Below, piece by piece: positions 9,345-19,674 of a stretch of DNA of 25,190 nt; positions within the stretch are counted from its first letter, which is position 1; each line of letters begins with the position of its first letter. Both the position numbers and the translations under genes were made by a program. The notes under the pieces are model-generated. The model was not told where the DNA came from. It saw only the letters and a list, made by a program, of their open reading frames with translations, and ran no database searches. Source of the stretch: Octopus sinensis (taxonomy: Eukaryota); assembly GCF_006345805.1 (NCBI RefSeq), contig NW_021836191.1:1-25190 (forward strand), given 5' to 3'.

Positions 9345-9535
9345 CCCTTTCTGCTATAGGCACAAGGCCTGAAATTTTGGGGGAGGGGGCCAGTCGATTA
9401 GATTGGCCCCAGTACGCAACTACTGCTTAATTTATTGACCCTGAAAGGATGAAAGGCAAAGTTGACCTTGGTGGAATTTGAACTCAGAATGTAGCAACAG
9501 GCAAAATACCATTAAGCATTTCGTCCAGCATGCTA
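9345..9535 (-). mobile_element. SINE family A, tail type 2
   Basis: ctataggcacaaggcctgaaatttt...gaaaggatgaaaggcaaagttgacc...tttgaactcagaatgtagc...gcatttcgtccagcatgctaa. Confidence 0.85.
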
Positions 9536-9569
9536 AATAATAATAATAATAATAATATAATGATGATGA

Positions 9570-9725
9570 TGATTTCAAATTTTGGTCAAGGCCAGCAATT
9601 TCAAGGAGGGAGTAACTCTATTACATTGACCCCAGTGCTCAGCTGGTACTCAATTTATTGACCCCCCCCCTCTGAAAGGATGAAAGACAAAAGTCAGCCT
9701 CGGTGGAATTTGAACCATGAATGTA
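9570..9725 (-). mobile_element. SINE family A, tail type 2, 5'-truncated
   Basis: caaggccagcaattt...gaccccagtgctcagctggtac...gaaaggatgaaag...ggaatttgaac. Confidence 0.75.
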
Positions 9726-9734
9726 AAACATGAA

Positions 9735-9815
9735 ATGCCTTGCACTGTGATTGAACCCAGAACTATGTGGTTGTTGCAAATTAATCTTCTTTACCACACA
9801 GCAAAACCTGTGCAA
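9735..9815 (-). mobile_element. SINE family B head fragment, old
   Basis: gcactgtgattgaacccagaactatgtggttg...taccacacagc resembles the reverse complement of the B head. Confidence 0.6.
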
Positions 9816-9838
9816 TGCTCTCTCTCACTCTCTCTCAC

Positions 9839-9869
<31 letters not shown>

Positions 9870-10549
9870 CTTTCTCTGGCTGTCTGTCTTTCTGTCTCCC
9901 GTACTGTTTTATATGGTATATGTCTAGTGAAAGTGACAGCTTGGTTTCAACAGTCAACTAAAATTTTCACTGATATCTCATTGCTGTAGGCTAGATATGA
10001 CCTATACAATGGCAGTAGGCTGGGGCCATTGTTAATGTCATGTATGAGAAGTGGATGGAATAAATTTAGCCAAAGTCTCTTTTCTTTCTCCTCTCTCCTC
10101 TCTTCCTCTTTTCCCCTTCTGTCTCTCTCACATACACATGCACACTCCATTTAGCTTAACAGCTCTTCTGCAAATATGTACAGTTTGTATGGATTGCTTA
10201 CTTTATGATTTGGACATTTTGTATGAAGTGTTTTTATAGTCAATTGCTCTTCCTCCTAACATGTTGATAAGTCAACCGTGAAATATAAGTAGAACTGGTA
10301 GATGTTTTCCAGTTAGATTTATTGGGAAACTGAAACTAAAAACAACTAAAAAGAAAAAAAAAGAAAATACATAAATGAAAATAACAAGAAGCAACAAAAA
10401 CAAAACCATTCTACAACTGTCTATCTCTTTCTATATCTGGCTTGAACTTCTGATCTCTTCTATTGTTGTTGCTTACCCTCTTCCACCCTACCCTGCCATC
10501 CTCTGTGAGTAGACTTATATTCAAGAGCAATTCAACCATGACCATCTTT

Positions 10550-10580
<31 letters not shown>

Positions 10581-10629
10581 TATATATAATATATATATAT
10601 ATATATACACACACACATATAGTTCTAGA

Positions 10630-10663
<34 letters not shown>

Positions 10664-10669
10664 GTCCTA

Positions 10670-10740
<71 letters not shown>

Positions 10741-10744
<4 letters not shown>

Positions 10745-10926
10745 TCATCATCATCATTTAACGCCCGTTTTCCATGCTAGCATGGGTGGATGATTTGACT
10801 GAGGGCTGGCAACCAGATGGCTGCACCAGGCTCCAGTCTTGATCTGGCAGAGTTTCTACAGCTGGATGCCCCTTCTAATGCCAACCACTCCAAGAGTGTA
10901 GTGGTGCTTTTTACGTGCCACCTGCA
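10741..10926 (-). mobile_element. SINE family C (3' half) embedded in (TA)n
   Basis: atcatcatcatcatcatttaacgcccgttttccatgctagcatggg...ctacagctggatgcccc; (TA)n on both flanks. Confidence 0.9.
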
Positions 10927-11381
10927 TATATATATATATATATATATAAATAATATGTTACATTTACTCAATAGTCTGAGTTCAGATGCCGAAGATTAAG
11001 CGCAAAGCTGGCCGCAACAGAACAACCTTACATAATATATACATACACACACACACATATATAGTTCTATCTATTTATCTAGTCCTATATATATATATAT
11101 ATATGTTTATATATGACTACATTGTCCAACGTGACCTTCATTTTTAAGATGATAGTATGCGATTTGAGAGTGATTTGACTACACTTTCTAGCAAATCAAA
11201 TGACTATATTGCCCAGTGTTCTGTATAAGGAGGGGCATCTGTGAGGCTTGTAAAGGTGTGGAGGAGATGTCTGAAGAAATTGCTGTAACTTAATATCTAT
11301 AATTAAGTAGATTTTTTTCCAACTTTCCAACTTGTCCAACGTCATGACAAGAAAAGAATTGCATGAATGGAAATCTATTTT

Positions 11382-11597
11382 GAGCTGGTAGAATTGTTAG
11401 TGCATTGGAAATGATTGTTCAGTGTCATGCGTCTTCCAACTCTTTGGTTCTGAGTTCAAATTCTGTTGCGGCCAGCTTTGCGCTTCATCCTTTCAGGGTT
11501 GATGAAAATAAGTACCAGTTGAGCACTGGGATCACTGTAACCAACCAGCCCCTTGCTCCCAAATTTCAGGCCTTGTGCCTGTAGTAGAAAGGATTTA
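11382..11597 (+). mobile_element. SINE family A, tail type 2, diverged
   Basis: gagctggtagaattgttag...tgagttcaaatt...catcctttcagggttgat...aagtaccagttgagcactggg...aaatttcaggccttgtgcctgtagtagaaagga. Confidence 0.8.
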
Positions 11598-11656
11598 TAT
11601 GACAAACCCTGCCACTAAATTTCTGGCACTATACCTATACTATATTATTATTGCAA

Positions 11657-11865
11657 CGAGCGGGCAGAATCATAAGTGTATCAGACAAAAGTCCTTAGAC
11701 AGCATTTCTTCCAGTTCTTTATATTCTGAGTTCAAATTCTGCCAAGGTCATCTCTGTCTTTCAACCTTTCAGGGTTGTTAAAATATGTACCAGTCGAGTA
11801 CTGGAACTGACGTAATCAACTCCCTCTAAAATTGCTAGCCTTGCACCAAAATTTGAAACCATTAA
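11657..11865 (+). mobile_element. SINE family A, tail type 2, diverged
   Basis: gagcgggcagaatcataag...tctgagttcaaattctgccaaggtc...gtaccagtcgagtactgg...aaattgctagccttgcacc. Confidence 0.75.
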
Positions 11866-12097
11866 TAAAGAGGGTGGAGGGCAAAACCTTTTCTCTAATA
11901 GGGTTATTTGTGTGTGTATGTTAGTGCTGAGCTATATTTGTTAGTCTTAGAGCCACTCATGTAGTTGTTCCTCTGCCTATGGTTCATATTCTTCTCTAAT
12001 TTGTTTTTGGTCAGAACTTAAAGCAGTTGGACAAACCAAGCGTTTTGTTTTTACCAATTTGAGCTGGCAAATAAAAATAGATGTAGCTGTAGAGGTA

Positions 12098-12590
12098 TAG
12101 GCAGAAGAATGGCTATGTAGTTAAGAAGCTTGCTTCCCAACAATGTGGTCTTGGGTTCAGTCTAAATGCACAACACTTTGGACAAGTATTTTCAACTATA
12201 ATCTTGTCGAACAAGCCTTTGTGTGTGTGTGTGTGTGTTTTGGGTGTTGTGTGTGTGTTGTGTGTGTGTTGTGTGTGTGTATGTGTGTGTGTGCGCGCAC
12301 CCTTGTCTAGACATCATGATCTTTGAAGGATAAAGGTCCTTCCGAGTCATACAGACTCATAGGGTCTAATCACTAAGCCACATACCTCCCTAGACATCAT
12401 GTGATGATAGTAATTGAGCATCATCATTATGTAAGGTTGTTTGTTCCCAGACTTCTGTGGAAAAACATGTGTAGCCATGTTGCCTGCACACACACATCCA
12501 GCTCTAGAAATTCTGCTTCAACAAATTCTGTCTGACCCATGCAAGCATGGAAAAGTGGATATTGCATGATGATGATGATGATGATGACAG
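12098..12590 (+). mobile_element. Old SINE with B-type head, (TG)n middle and C-type (GAT)n tail
   Basis: Head ggcagaagaatggctatgtagttaagaagcttgcttcccaac...gggttcagtc; tail catccagctctagaaa...cccatgcaagcatggaaaagtgga...(gat)n. Confidence 0.65.
12319..12390 (-). mobile_element. 72-bp insert with 12-bp TSD; probably an internally deleted SINE
   Basis: TSD ctagacatcatg at 12307-12318 and 12391-12402; minus strand begins ggaggtatgtgggcttagtgattag (tRNA A-box-like). Confidence 0.6.
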
Positions 12591-12678
12591 ATTACTTGGT
12601 ATATTTTTTTTTATGTTAGGGCTTCAGAAATTCCACTACCAGCCATGTGCTAATGATTGGCTCTGTATAATAATCATA

Positions 12679-12846
12679 ATGTTAAGAGCAGCCTTAAACA
12701 TATCTCGGAGAACTCATCCCACCAAAAAACAGCTCTATGGAATTGTCCTGCATGACTCCAACATTATAAGGGAAAGGTGCCTGTACTTTGCAGGACATTG
12801 CCGGTGAGCTTAAGAAGAGCTGGCAAGTAACCTACTGCTATAAATG
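12679..12846 (+). mobile_element. RTE-clade (RTE-X-like) LINE remnant, C-terminal coding part 1
   Basis: MLRAALNISRRTHPTKKQLYGIVLHDSNIIRERCLYFAGHCR*A*EELASNLLL*M resembles the post-RT region of RTE-X proteins (MLRAALNISW..HPT...LYG......I..RRLRFAGHC.R..EE..S.LLLW); in-frame stops. Confidence 0.85.
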
Positions 12847-13640
12847 CCTATTTCTTTACTACCCACAAGGGGCTATACACAGAGAGGACAAACAAGGATA
12901 GACAAAGGGATTAAGTCGATTACATCGACCCCCAGTGCGAAACTGGTACTTTATTTATCGATCCCGAAAGGATGAAAGGCAAAGTCGACCTCGGAGGAAT
13001 TTGAACTCAGAACGTAGCGGCAGACAAAATACCTATTTCTTTACTACCCACAAGGGGGCTAAACACAGAGAGGACAAACAAGGATAGACAAAGGGATTAA
13101 GTCGATTACATCGACCGCAGTGCGAAACTGGTACTTTATTTATCGACCCCGAAAGGATGAAAGGCAAAGTCGACCTCGGAGGAATTTGAACTCAGAACGT
13201 AGCGGCAGACAAAATACCTATTTCTTTACTACCCACAAGGGGGCTAAACACAGAGAGGACAAACAAGGATAGACAAAGGGATTAAGTCGATTACATCGAC
13301 CCCAGTGCGAAACTGGTACTTTATTTATCGACCCTGAAAGGATGAAAGGCAAAGTCGACCTCGGAGGAATTTGAACTCAGAACGTAGCGGCAGACAAAAT
13401 ACCTATTTCTTTACTACCCACAAGGGGGCTAAACACAGAGAGGACAAACAAGGATAGACAAAGGGATTAAGTCGATTACATCGACCGCAGTGCGAAACTG
13501 GTACTTTATTTATCGACCCCGAAAGGATGAAAGGCAAAGTCAACCTCAGTGGATTTTGAATTCAGAACGTAACGGTAGACGAAATACGGCTACGCATTTC
13601 GCCCGGCATGCTAATGTTTCTGCCAGCTTACCACCTTTTG
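12847..13640 (-). mobile_element. Tandem array of four 185-bp SINE family A units (tail type 1); only the unit at the right has the tRNA head
   Basis: Units start at 12847, 13032, 13217, 13402; flanked by gctataaatg at 12837-12846 and 13641-13650. Confidence 0.95.
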
Positions 13641-13799
13641 GCTATAAATGCCAAAGCACGGTCATACTCAAGCTGGTTGACTGGACACAATGTATGTAGA
13701 CCAACACATCAGAAGCACTGGATGCCTCCCCGAAGGCCTCTTCCAACTAATGCAGGACCAAGATGGATTGCATGTGTGAGTTAAAAGTGTTTGAGCAAG
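13641..13799 (+). mobile_element. RTE-X-like LINE remnant part 2
   Basis: In frame with part 1 after removing one TSD copy: L*MPKHGHTQAG*LDTMYVDQHIRSTGCLPEGLFQLMQDQDGLHV*VKSV*A, resembling W.PKHG.R..GRP..TY.DQL..DTG.....L...M.DR..W. Confidence 0.8.
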
Positions 13800-14038
13800 A
13801 CGGCGGCGAGCTGGCAGAAACGTTAGCACGCCGGGCGAAATGCTCAGCAGTATTTTGTCTGTCGCTACGTTCTGAGTTCAAATTCTGCCAAGGTCGACTT
13901 TGCCTTTCATTCTTTCGGGGTCAATTAAATAAGTACTAGTTACGCACTGGGGTTGATGTAATCGACTTAACTGTTTGTCTGTCCTTGTTTGTCCCCTCTG
14001 TGTTTAGCCCCTTGTGGGTAGTAAAAGAAATAAAAAAA
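13800..14038 (+). mobile_element. SINE family A, tail type 1, full length, 12-bp TSD
   Basis: cggcggcgagctggcagaaacgttagc...gagttcaaattc...tagccccttgtgggtagtaaaagaaat; TSD tgtttgagcaag at 13788-13799 and 14039-14050. Confidence 0.95.
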
Positions 14039-14079
14039 TGTTTGAGCAAGCTTGACTGGATGATGATGTTGATGATGAT
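14039..14079 (+). mobile_element. RTE-X-like LINE 3' terminus with (GAT)n tail
   Basis: gagcaagcttgactggatgatgatgttgatgatgat follows the TSD; short tandem-repeat tails are typical of RTE-clade LINEs. Confidence 0.7.
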
Positions 14080-15016
14080 AACCCTATTGATATTGGAAGT
14101 CACTTAAAAAACCATTAACAACATGATGGAGCTTTTATACAGAATAGTATAACAAAGGGAAAAGCTGGAAAGATTTAATAGACTTATTTCCTTTTTTGAA
14201 ATCTGAGACAATGAAGTTTAAAGTCTCAGTGTTTGGTAACAGATTGAGTAAATAGTACAACCCACCCAAATAGCCACGAAAATAAAAATAACCATCACAC
14301 CAAATAAGAAAGTAAAATAAATTTAATTTTAGGTATTTCAGCAATTTAACCAAACTGGAAATGGAAATACCATTTACATTTCATGGTTGACTAGTTGATA
14401 TTTTAGGAGAAGAATTGTTTTAAAAAATGGAAGAAAGAAAGAAAGAAAAAATAATTCAACAATTCATGCAAAAATGTAAATTTAATGCAAATTAAGTTTT
14501 GTAATTTAGTTTAAATTAATTTTGCATGATAAATATATATTAACAATATTATCTAAAATTCAGATTTTTGTTATTTCAATCTATATTTAGCTGAATTGAA
14601 AATACAAAGAATCTCGTTGTAAAAAGACGGAAAAAAAAAAAAAAAAAGAGAGAGAGAGAGAGAGAGTAAAAGAAAAAAAATTTCATGTAATTTCCAATAT
14701 TTTAAATGAAAATGTAAATTTACTCAACTCAGTAAATCAAATATATTACAGCTAAAAATAGTTTAGATAGACAGGAGAAGAGTTCTGTTCTGATCGGGCT
14801 GTAAACACAAATGCCAGCTCTTCTAGATCCACGTTTTTCTCTCATGATCAAAGGCATTTTGTTCTCTTGCATTCCTGCCATTCATTTCCTTCCTTTGAAC
14901 TTGCTGGCTCTGTGCCATTCTCACTTCAACCCAATTGATTACATGCATCTCTTTTGACATCCATCTACTGTCTCTCACTTCCCAGATCCCTTAATAAAAT
15001 AAATATTTTTCCCAAC

Positions 15017-15130
15017 ATTGCTTGGCTGTATGGTTAAAAAGTTTACTTCACATCCACACGACTTGATGTTCCAGACTCACTACACGGCACCTTCGGCAAG
15101 TCTCTTCTACCATACTCTTAGACAGAACTT
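15017..15130 (+). mobile_element. SINE family B head fragment, old
   Basis: tggctgtatggttaaaaagtttacttc...ggcaccttcggcaagtctcttctac. Confidence 0.65.
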
Positions 15131-15190
15131 TGGCTTGTTTATGTACAGAATTTGGTACATTGAAGCTGTGTGGGGCCTTAGTCTATATAC

Positions 15191-15413
15191 TCTTACTCTT
15201 TACTCTTTTACTGGTTTCAGTCATTTGACTGCGGCCATGCTGGGGCACCGCCTTTAATCGAGCAACTCGACCCCGGGACATATTCTTTTGTAAGCCCAGT
15301 ACTTATTCTATCGGTCTCTTTTGCCGAACTGCTAAGTGATGGGGACGTAAACACACCAGCATCGGTTGTCAAGCAATGCTAGGGGGGCAAACACAGACAC
15401 ACAAACATACACA

Positions 15414-15465
<52 letters not shown>

Positions 15466-15636
15466 TATATACACGACTGGCTTCTTTCAGTTTCTGTCTA
15501 CCAGATCCACTCACAAGGCTTTTGTCGGCCTGAGGCTATAGTAGAAGACACTTGCCCAAGGTGCCACGCAGTGGGACTGAACCCGGAACCATGTGGTTGG
15601 TAAGTAAGCTACTTACCACACAGCCACTCCTACACC
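15191..15636 (-). mobile_element. SINE family B, full length, young
   Basis: Reverse-complement match to 7301-7751 along the whole length. Confidence 0.9.
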
Positions 15637-15654
15637 TATACTTTATTAATCTTT

Positions 15655-15937
15655 TTTGTTGAATTGCTAAGTTATGGAGACATAAACAAACCAACACTGT
15701 CTTATAATGGAGAACAAACACAGACACACAGACATGCATTTGTACACGCATGCATACTCACAGACAAACATACAATGGACATCCACACAGTTTCCCTCTG
15801 CCAAATTCACTCACAAGGCTTTGGTTGACCCAGGGTTATGGCAAAAGACACTTCTCCAAGGTGCCACGCACTGGGATTGAACCCGAAACCACCTGGTTGT
15901 AGAGTGAGCTTCTTAACCACCACGCAGCCTTGCTTGC
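15655..15937 (-). mobile_element. SINE family B, old, lacking its 3' end
   Basis: ttgctaagttatggagacataaac...ccaaattcactcacaaggctttgg...ccaaggtgccacgcactgggattgaaccc...cttcttaaccaccacgcagcc. Confidence 0.8.
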
Positions 15938-16548
15938 ATGTGATTTTCATTGGGAGCAACTTGTAGAATTCTCTTCTTAATTGTCTTTTGATTGAGTTTG
16001 GAATGGGGGGGGGTAATGGTGGTGGTTGTGGTGGTGGTGGTGGGTCTGTGTTTGTTGTTGTGATGGTTGTAAATAGCTGGGTTTTGATGGTCGGTGTGAC
16101 CACCAGGATTTTGTAATCACAACCCTCGTTCCACACACCCACACGCACACACATACATGCATGCATGCACTTTTCCCCTTTGATGTTAATGAAGACGCTT
16201 GTCTCTTGTTAAAACTAACAAACGCATTCCTTCATCAAGATGACAAGACGAGAAGTGTATGTGTGAGGGGGAGAGACGGACAGATAGCGAAAGGTGGTGT
16301 GGTGAGAGGGTGGAGGGAATCCCAGGTTAGTCATTTCCAAATGACTAACTCTGGAATGTTCTAACCATAAGACATACCGCTCCCTCCACTAACCAACCAT
16401 CATCTCATACAGCACCCAAAATACACCTGTTGTAGTTAATTTTTGTGTTTGTTGTTATTGTTGTTGTTGTAATTTGCAATAATGGCTTCACTCTCTTTCG
16501 ATTAGTTGTTTGTGTGTATGTGGGTGTGTCTTGGGGATGGTACTACGG

Positions 16549-16784
16549 AAGGCGGTGAGCTGGCAGAAACGTTAGCACGCCGGGCGAAATGCTTAGCGGT
16601 ATTTCATCTGCCGTTACGTTGTGAGTTCAAATTCGGCCGAGGTCGACTTTGCCTTTCATCCTTTCGGGGGTCTATAAATTAAGTACCAGTTACGCACTGG
16701 GGTCGATGTAATCGACTTAATACCTAGTCTGTCCTTGTTTATCCCTCTGTGTTTAGCCCTTTGTGGGTAATAAAGAAATAGGTA
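16549..16784 (+). mobile_element. SINE family A, tail type 1, full length
   Basis: Aligns end to end with 13800-14038; ends aaagaaataggta. Confidence 0.92.
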
Positions 16785-16992
16785 CTCTCTTTTACTCTTT
16801 ACTCTTTTACTTGTTTCAGTCATTTGACTGCGGCCATGCTGGAGCACGCCTTTAATCGAGCAACTCGACCCCGGGTATTATTCTTTTGTAAGCCCAGTAC
16901 TTTTCTATCGTTTTCTTTGCCGAACGCTAAGTAACGGGGACATAAACATACCAGCATCGGTTGTCGAGCGATGTGGGAGGGGACAAACACAG

Positions 16993-17041
<49 letters not shown>

Positions 17042-17247
17042 TATAATTATATATACATATATATATACATATATACATATATACGACGGGCTTCTTTCAG
17101 TTTCCGTCTACCAAATCCACTCACAAGGCTTTGGTCGGCCCAAGGCTATAGTAGAAGACACTTGCCCAAGGTGCCACGCAGTGGGACTGAACCCGGAACC
17201 ATGTGGTTGGTAAACAAGCTACTTACCATACAGCCACTCCTGTGCCT
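16785..17247 (-). mobile_element. SINE family B, full length, young, tail-to-tail with the preceding A copy
   Basis: Reverse-complement match to 7301-7751. Confidence 0.9.
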
Positions 17248-17764
17248 ATGGGTTTTTGTTGTTGTTGTTTGTTTTTTTGTATTTTGTTTTTTGGTGAGAA
17301 TCTGTTGTAATGGACTGGTTGTTGAGGTGTGAAACCATGGTGGTAAGTTTTGGTGGTGTAGGTGTGGTAGCGGCGATGGTCTTAGTAAGAATAAGAAATT
17401 AAAATAATAATGGTAGTAGTGGTGATGGTGGCAGTGGCGATTCTTGCAGGTAAAGCCATAGCGATAACGATGATAACGATGATGGTGGTGCTAGCGATGG
17501 AGAAGGTGAAGAGGGGGAAAGGGGCAACATGCATCCATGTGTGCATCCGTGTGTGCGTGTGTGTGTGTGTGTGTTGGTGTGGGTGGTGGGGGGATGGTTA
17601 GGCATGTGGTTAGGTGGTGTTGAGAGATCCAAAGCAGCAAAAGTAGAAGTTAACGGAGATGAAAGAGAACCTGTTAAAAAATCTACAGAAATCTTGTGGT
17701 TACTTGTTTTTCAACATCTTAAACCCACTCCACCTCTGTATGCTTCTCTCTGCTCTCCCCCTTC

Positions 17765-17779
17765 TCTCTCCTGCACACA

Positions 17780-17821
<42 letters not shown>

Positions 17822-18036
17822 TATATATATATATATATATATAATGTATATATATATAATGGATATAATATAATGATATATATATATATCATGTAGTATA
17901 GATATAATGTAATATAGATAATGTATATTATATATATAATGTAATATATATATATAATGTATATATATATATATATAATGTATAATATATATATAATGTA
18001 TATATATATAATGTGATGTATAATATATATATTATG

Positions 18037-18090
<54 letters not shown>

Positions 18091-18165
18091 GTATATATAT
18101 ATATATAACATATATATATATATATATTATGTATATATATATTATAATATAATATATATATATCT
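17765..18165. repeat. (CT)n plus long degenerate (TA)n tract
   Basis: Read directly. Confidence 0.9.
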
Positions 18166-18569
18166 GTCCTCTATACCTTTCATTCTCTATACTCTTCCAT
18201 CTATCCCTCTTTCTTTCTTATTGTCTTTCCATCTCTCTCTCCCTTCCTCTCCACTCTGATGATTTTCTTTTTTGTTTTTCAATTTCTTCACTTTTCGCTT
18301 TATTATATCATTGTTTTTTTTTTTATATATCTCTATATTTCCTTTTTTTCTCTAGTGTGAATATATGTGTGTGTACATGTGCAGTGTGTGTGCGATATTT
18401 ATTTGCATCATATTTACCTACCCCCCCCTTCTATCTATCTATCTATCTATCTATCTACACACAAACACACATCTATCTGTCTGTATGTCTTTCATTTTTG
18501 CCATCTCCCCACTTTTTCTATGCAAATGTTCACAAACCTCGCTCTGTATCCATCTGTCTGTCTGTCTCT

Positions 18570-18867
18570 CTGTATGTATATATATATATATATGGATAGA
18601 TATACAAATATATATATATATGTGTGTGTGTGTATATTATATATATGTGTGTGTATATATATATGTGTGTGTGTATATATATGTGTGTATATATATATAT
18701 GTGTGTGTGTATATATATATATAGATATATATCTCTCTATATATATGTATGTATACATATATATAATATATATATATATATATATGTATGTATATACACA
18801 CACACATATATATATATATGTATGTATACACACACACATATATATATATATGTATGTATATACACAC

Positions 18868-18899
<32 letters not shown>

Positions 18900-18911
18900 G
18901 TATGTATATAT

Positions 18912-18979
<68 letters not shown>

Positions 18980-19100
18980 TATATATACACACACAAACAT
19001 ATATATATATATATATACACACACATATATATATACACACACACACACATATATATATATGTATGTATACACATATATATATACTATATATATATATAGT
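18570..19100. repeat. Compound (TA)n/(TG)n/(CA)n tract
   Basis: Read directly; source of the overlapping Y/I/H/C/V ORFs. Confidence 0.9.
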
Positions 19101-19267
19101 GTATTTACATGTTTGTGTTTCTTGTAAGTTTGCAAATAAATGCTTGCAACCTTGCTGTTTGTATGCACCTATCTTGATGTTGGTTTGTTAGTTTTTATGA
19201 CTATAATTTTTCAAAACAGTTTGCATGTTATTTCTTTTCCCTCGCCACCCTCCCAATTTCTGTAACC

Positions 19268-19365
19268 ACATCCACCACCACCACCACCACCACCACTACC
19301 ACCACCACCACTACCACCACCACCACCACCACCATCACCATCATCGTCATCATCATCATCACTAT
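19268..19365. repeat. (CCA)n grading into (CAT)n
   Basis: Read directly. Confidence 0.9.
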
Positions 19366-19674
19366 TATCAGCAATAACTGCAACAATGGGGTTCTTTCAC
19401 TACATGTGCAGCTGTAAGTCTTCCAGTTAAATGCAGTATGTTTTTTTTTTTTTTTGCTCTCCTCCATTTATTTCTCCCCACTTTTCTCCCGTGTTCCGAT
19501 ACCACACTGTTACCATGTCTCACCTCTTGCCAATCTCTCCTTTTGCCAAAATAAGAAAGCATCAAACAAGAAATTTTGTTTGTATTTTGTCAAAAAAACA
19601 AAACAAAAAAACGCCAAAAAAAAAAAAAAAAATAAAAAAAAAAAAAACACAATTAATTCTTGAAGATGAAAGTG

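Noticed and set aside
12847-13640. CRISPR-like regular repeat array
   Set aside because: Units are contiguous 185-bp SINE copies with no unique spacers; eukaryotic context, no cas genes.
13800-13895. tRNA gene calls for the SINE heads (also 7301, 16549, 21073, 24219)
   Set aside because: They have A/B boxes but no proper cloverleaf and continue into SINE body and tail.
14464-14529. Imperfect inverted repeat (tcatgcaaaa/ttttgcatga) with an ATGCAAAT octamer
   Set aside because: Expected by chance in extremely AT-rich sequence.
14830-15000. Minus-strand 55-codon open frame after ttttattaag
   Set aside because: Purine-rich composition explains the lack of stops; no donor or homology.
18357-19191. 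274-aa ORF and overlapping ORFs on both strands
   Set aside because: Dinucleotide repeat artefacts.
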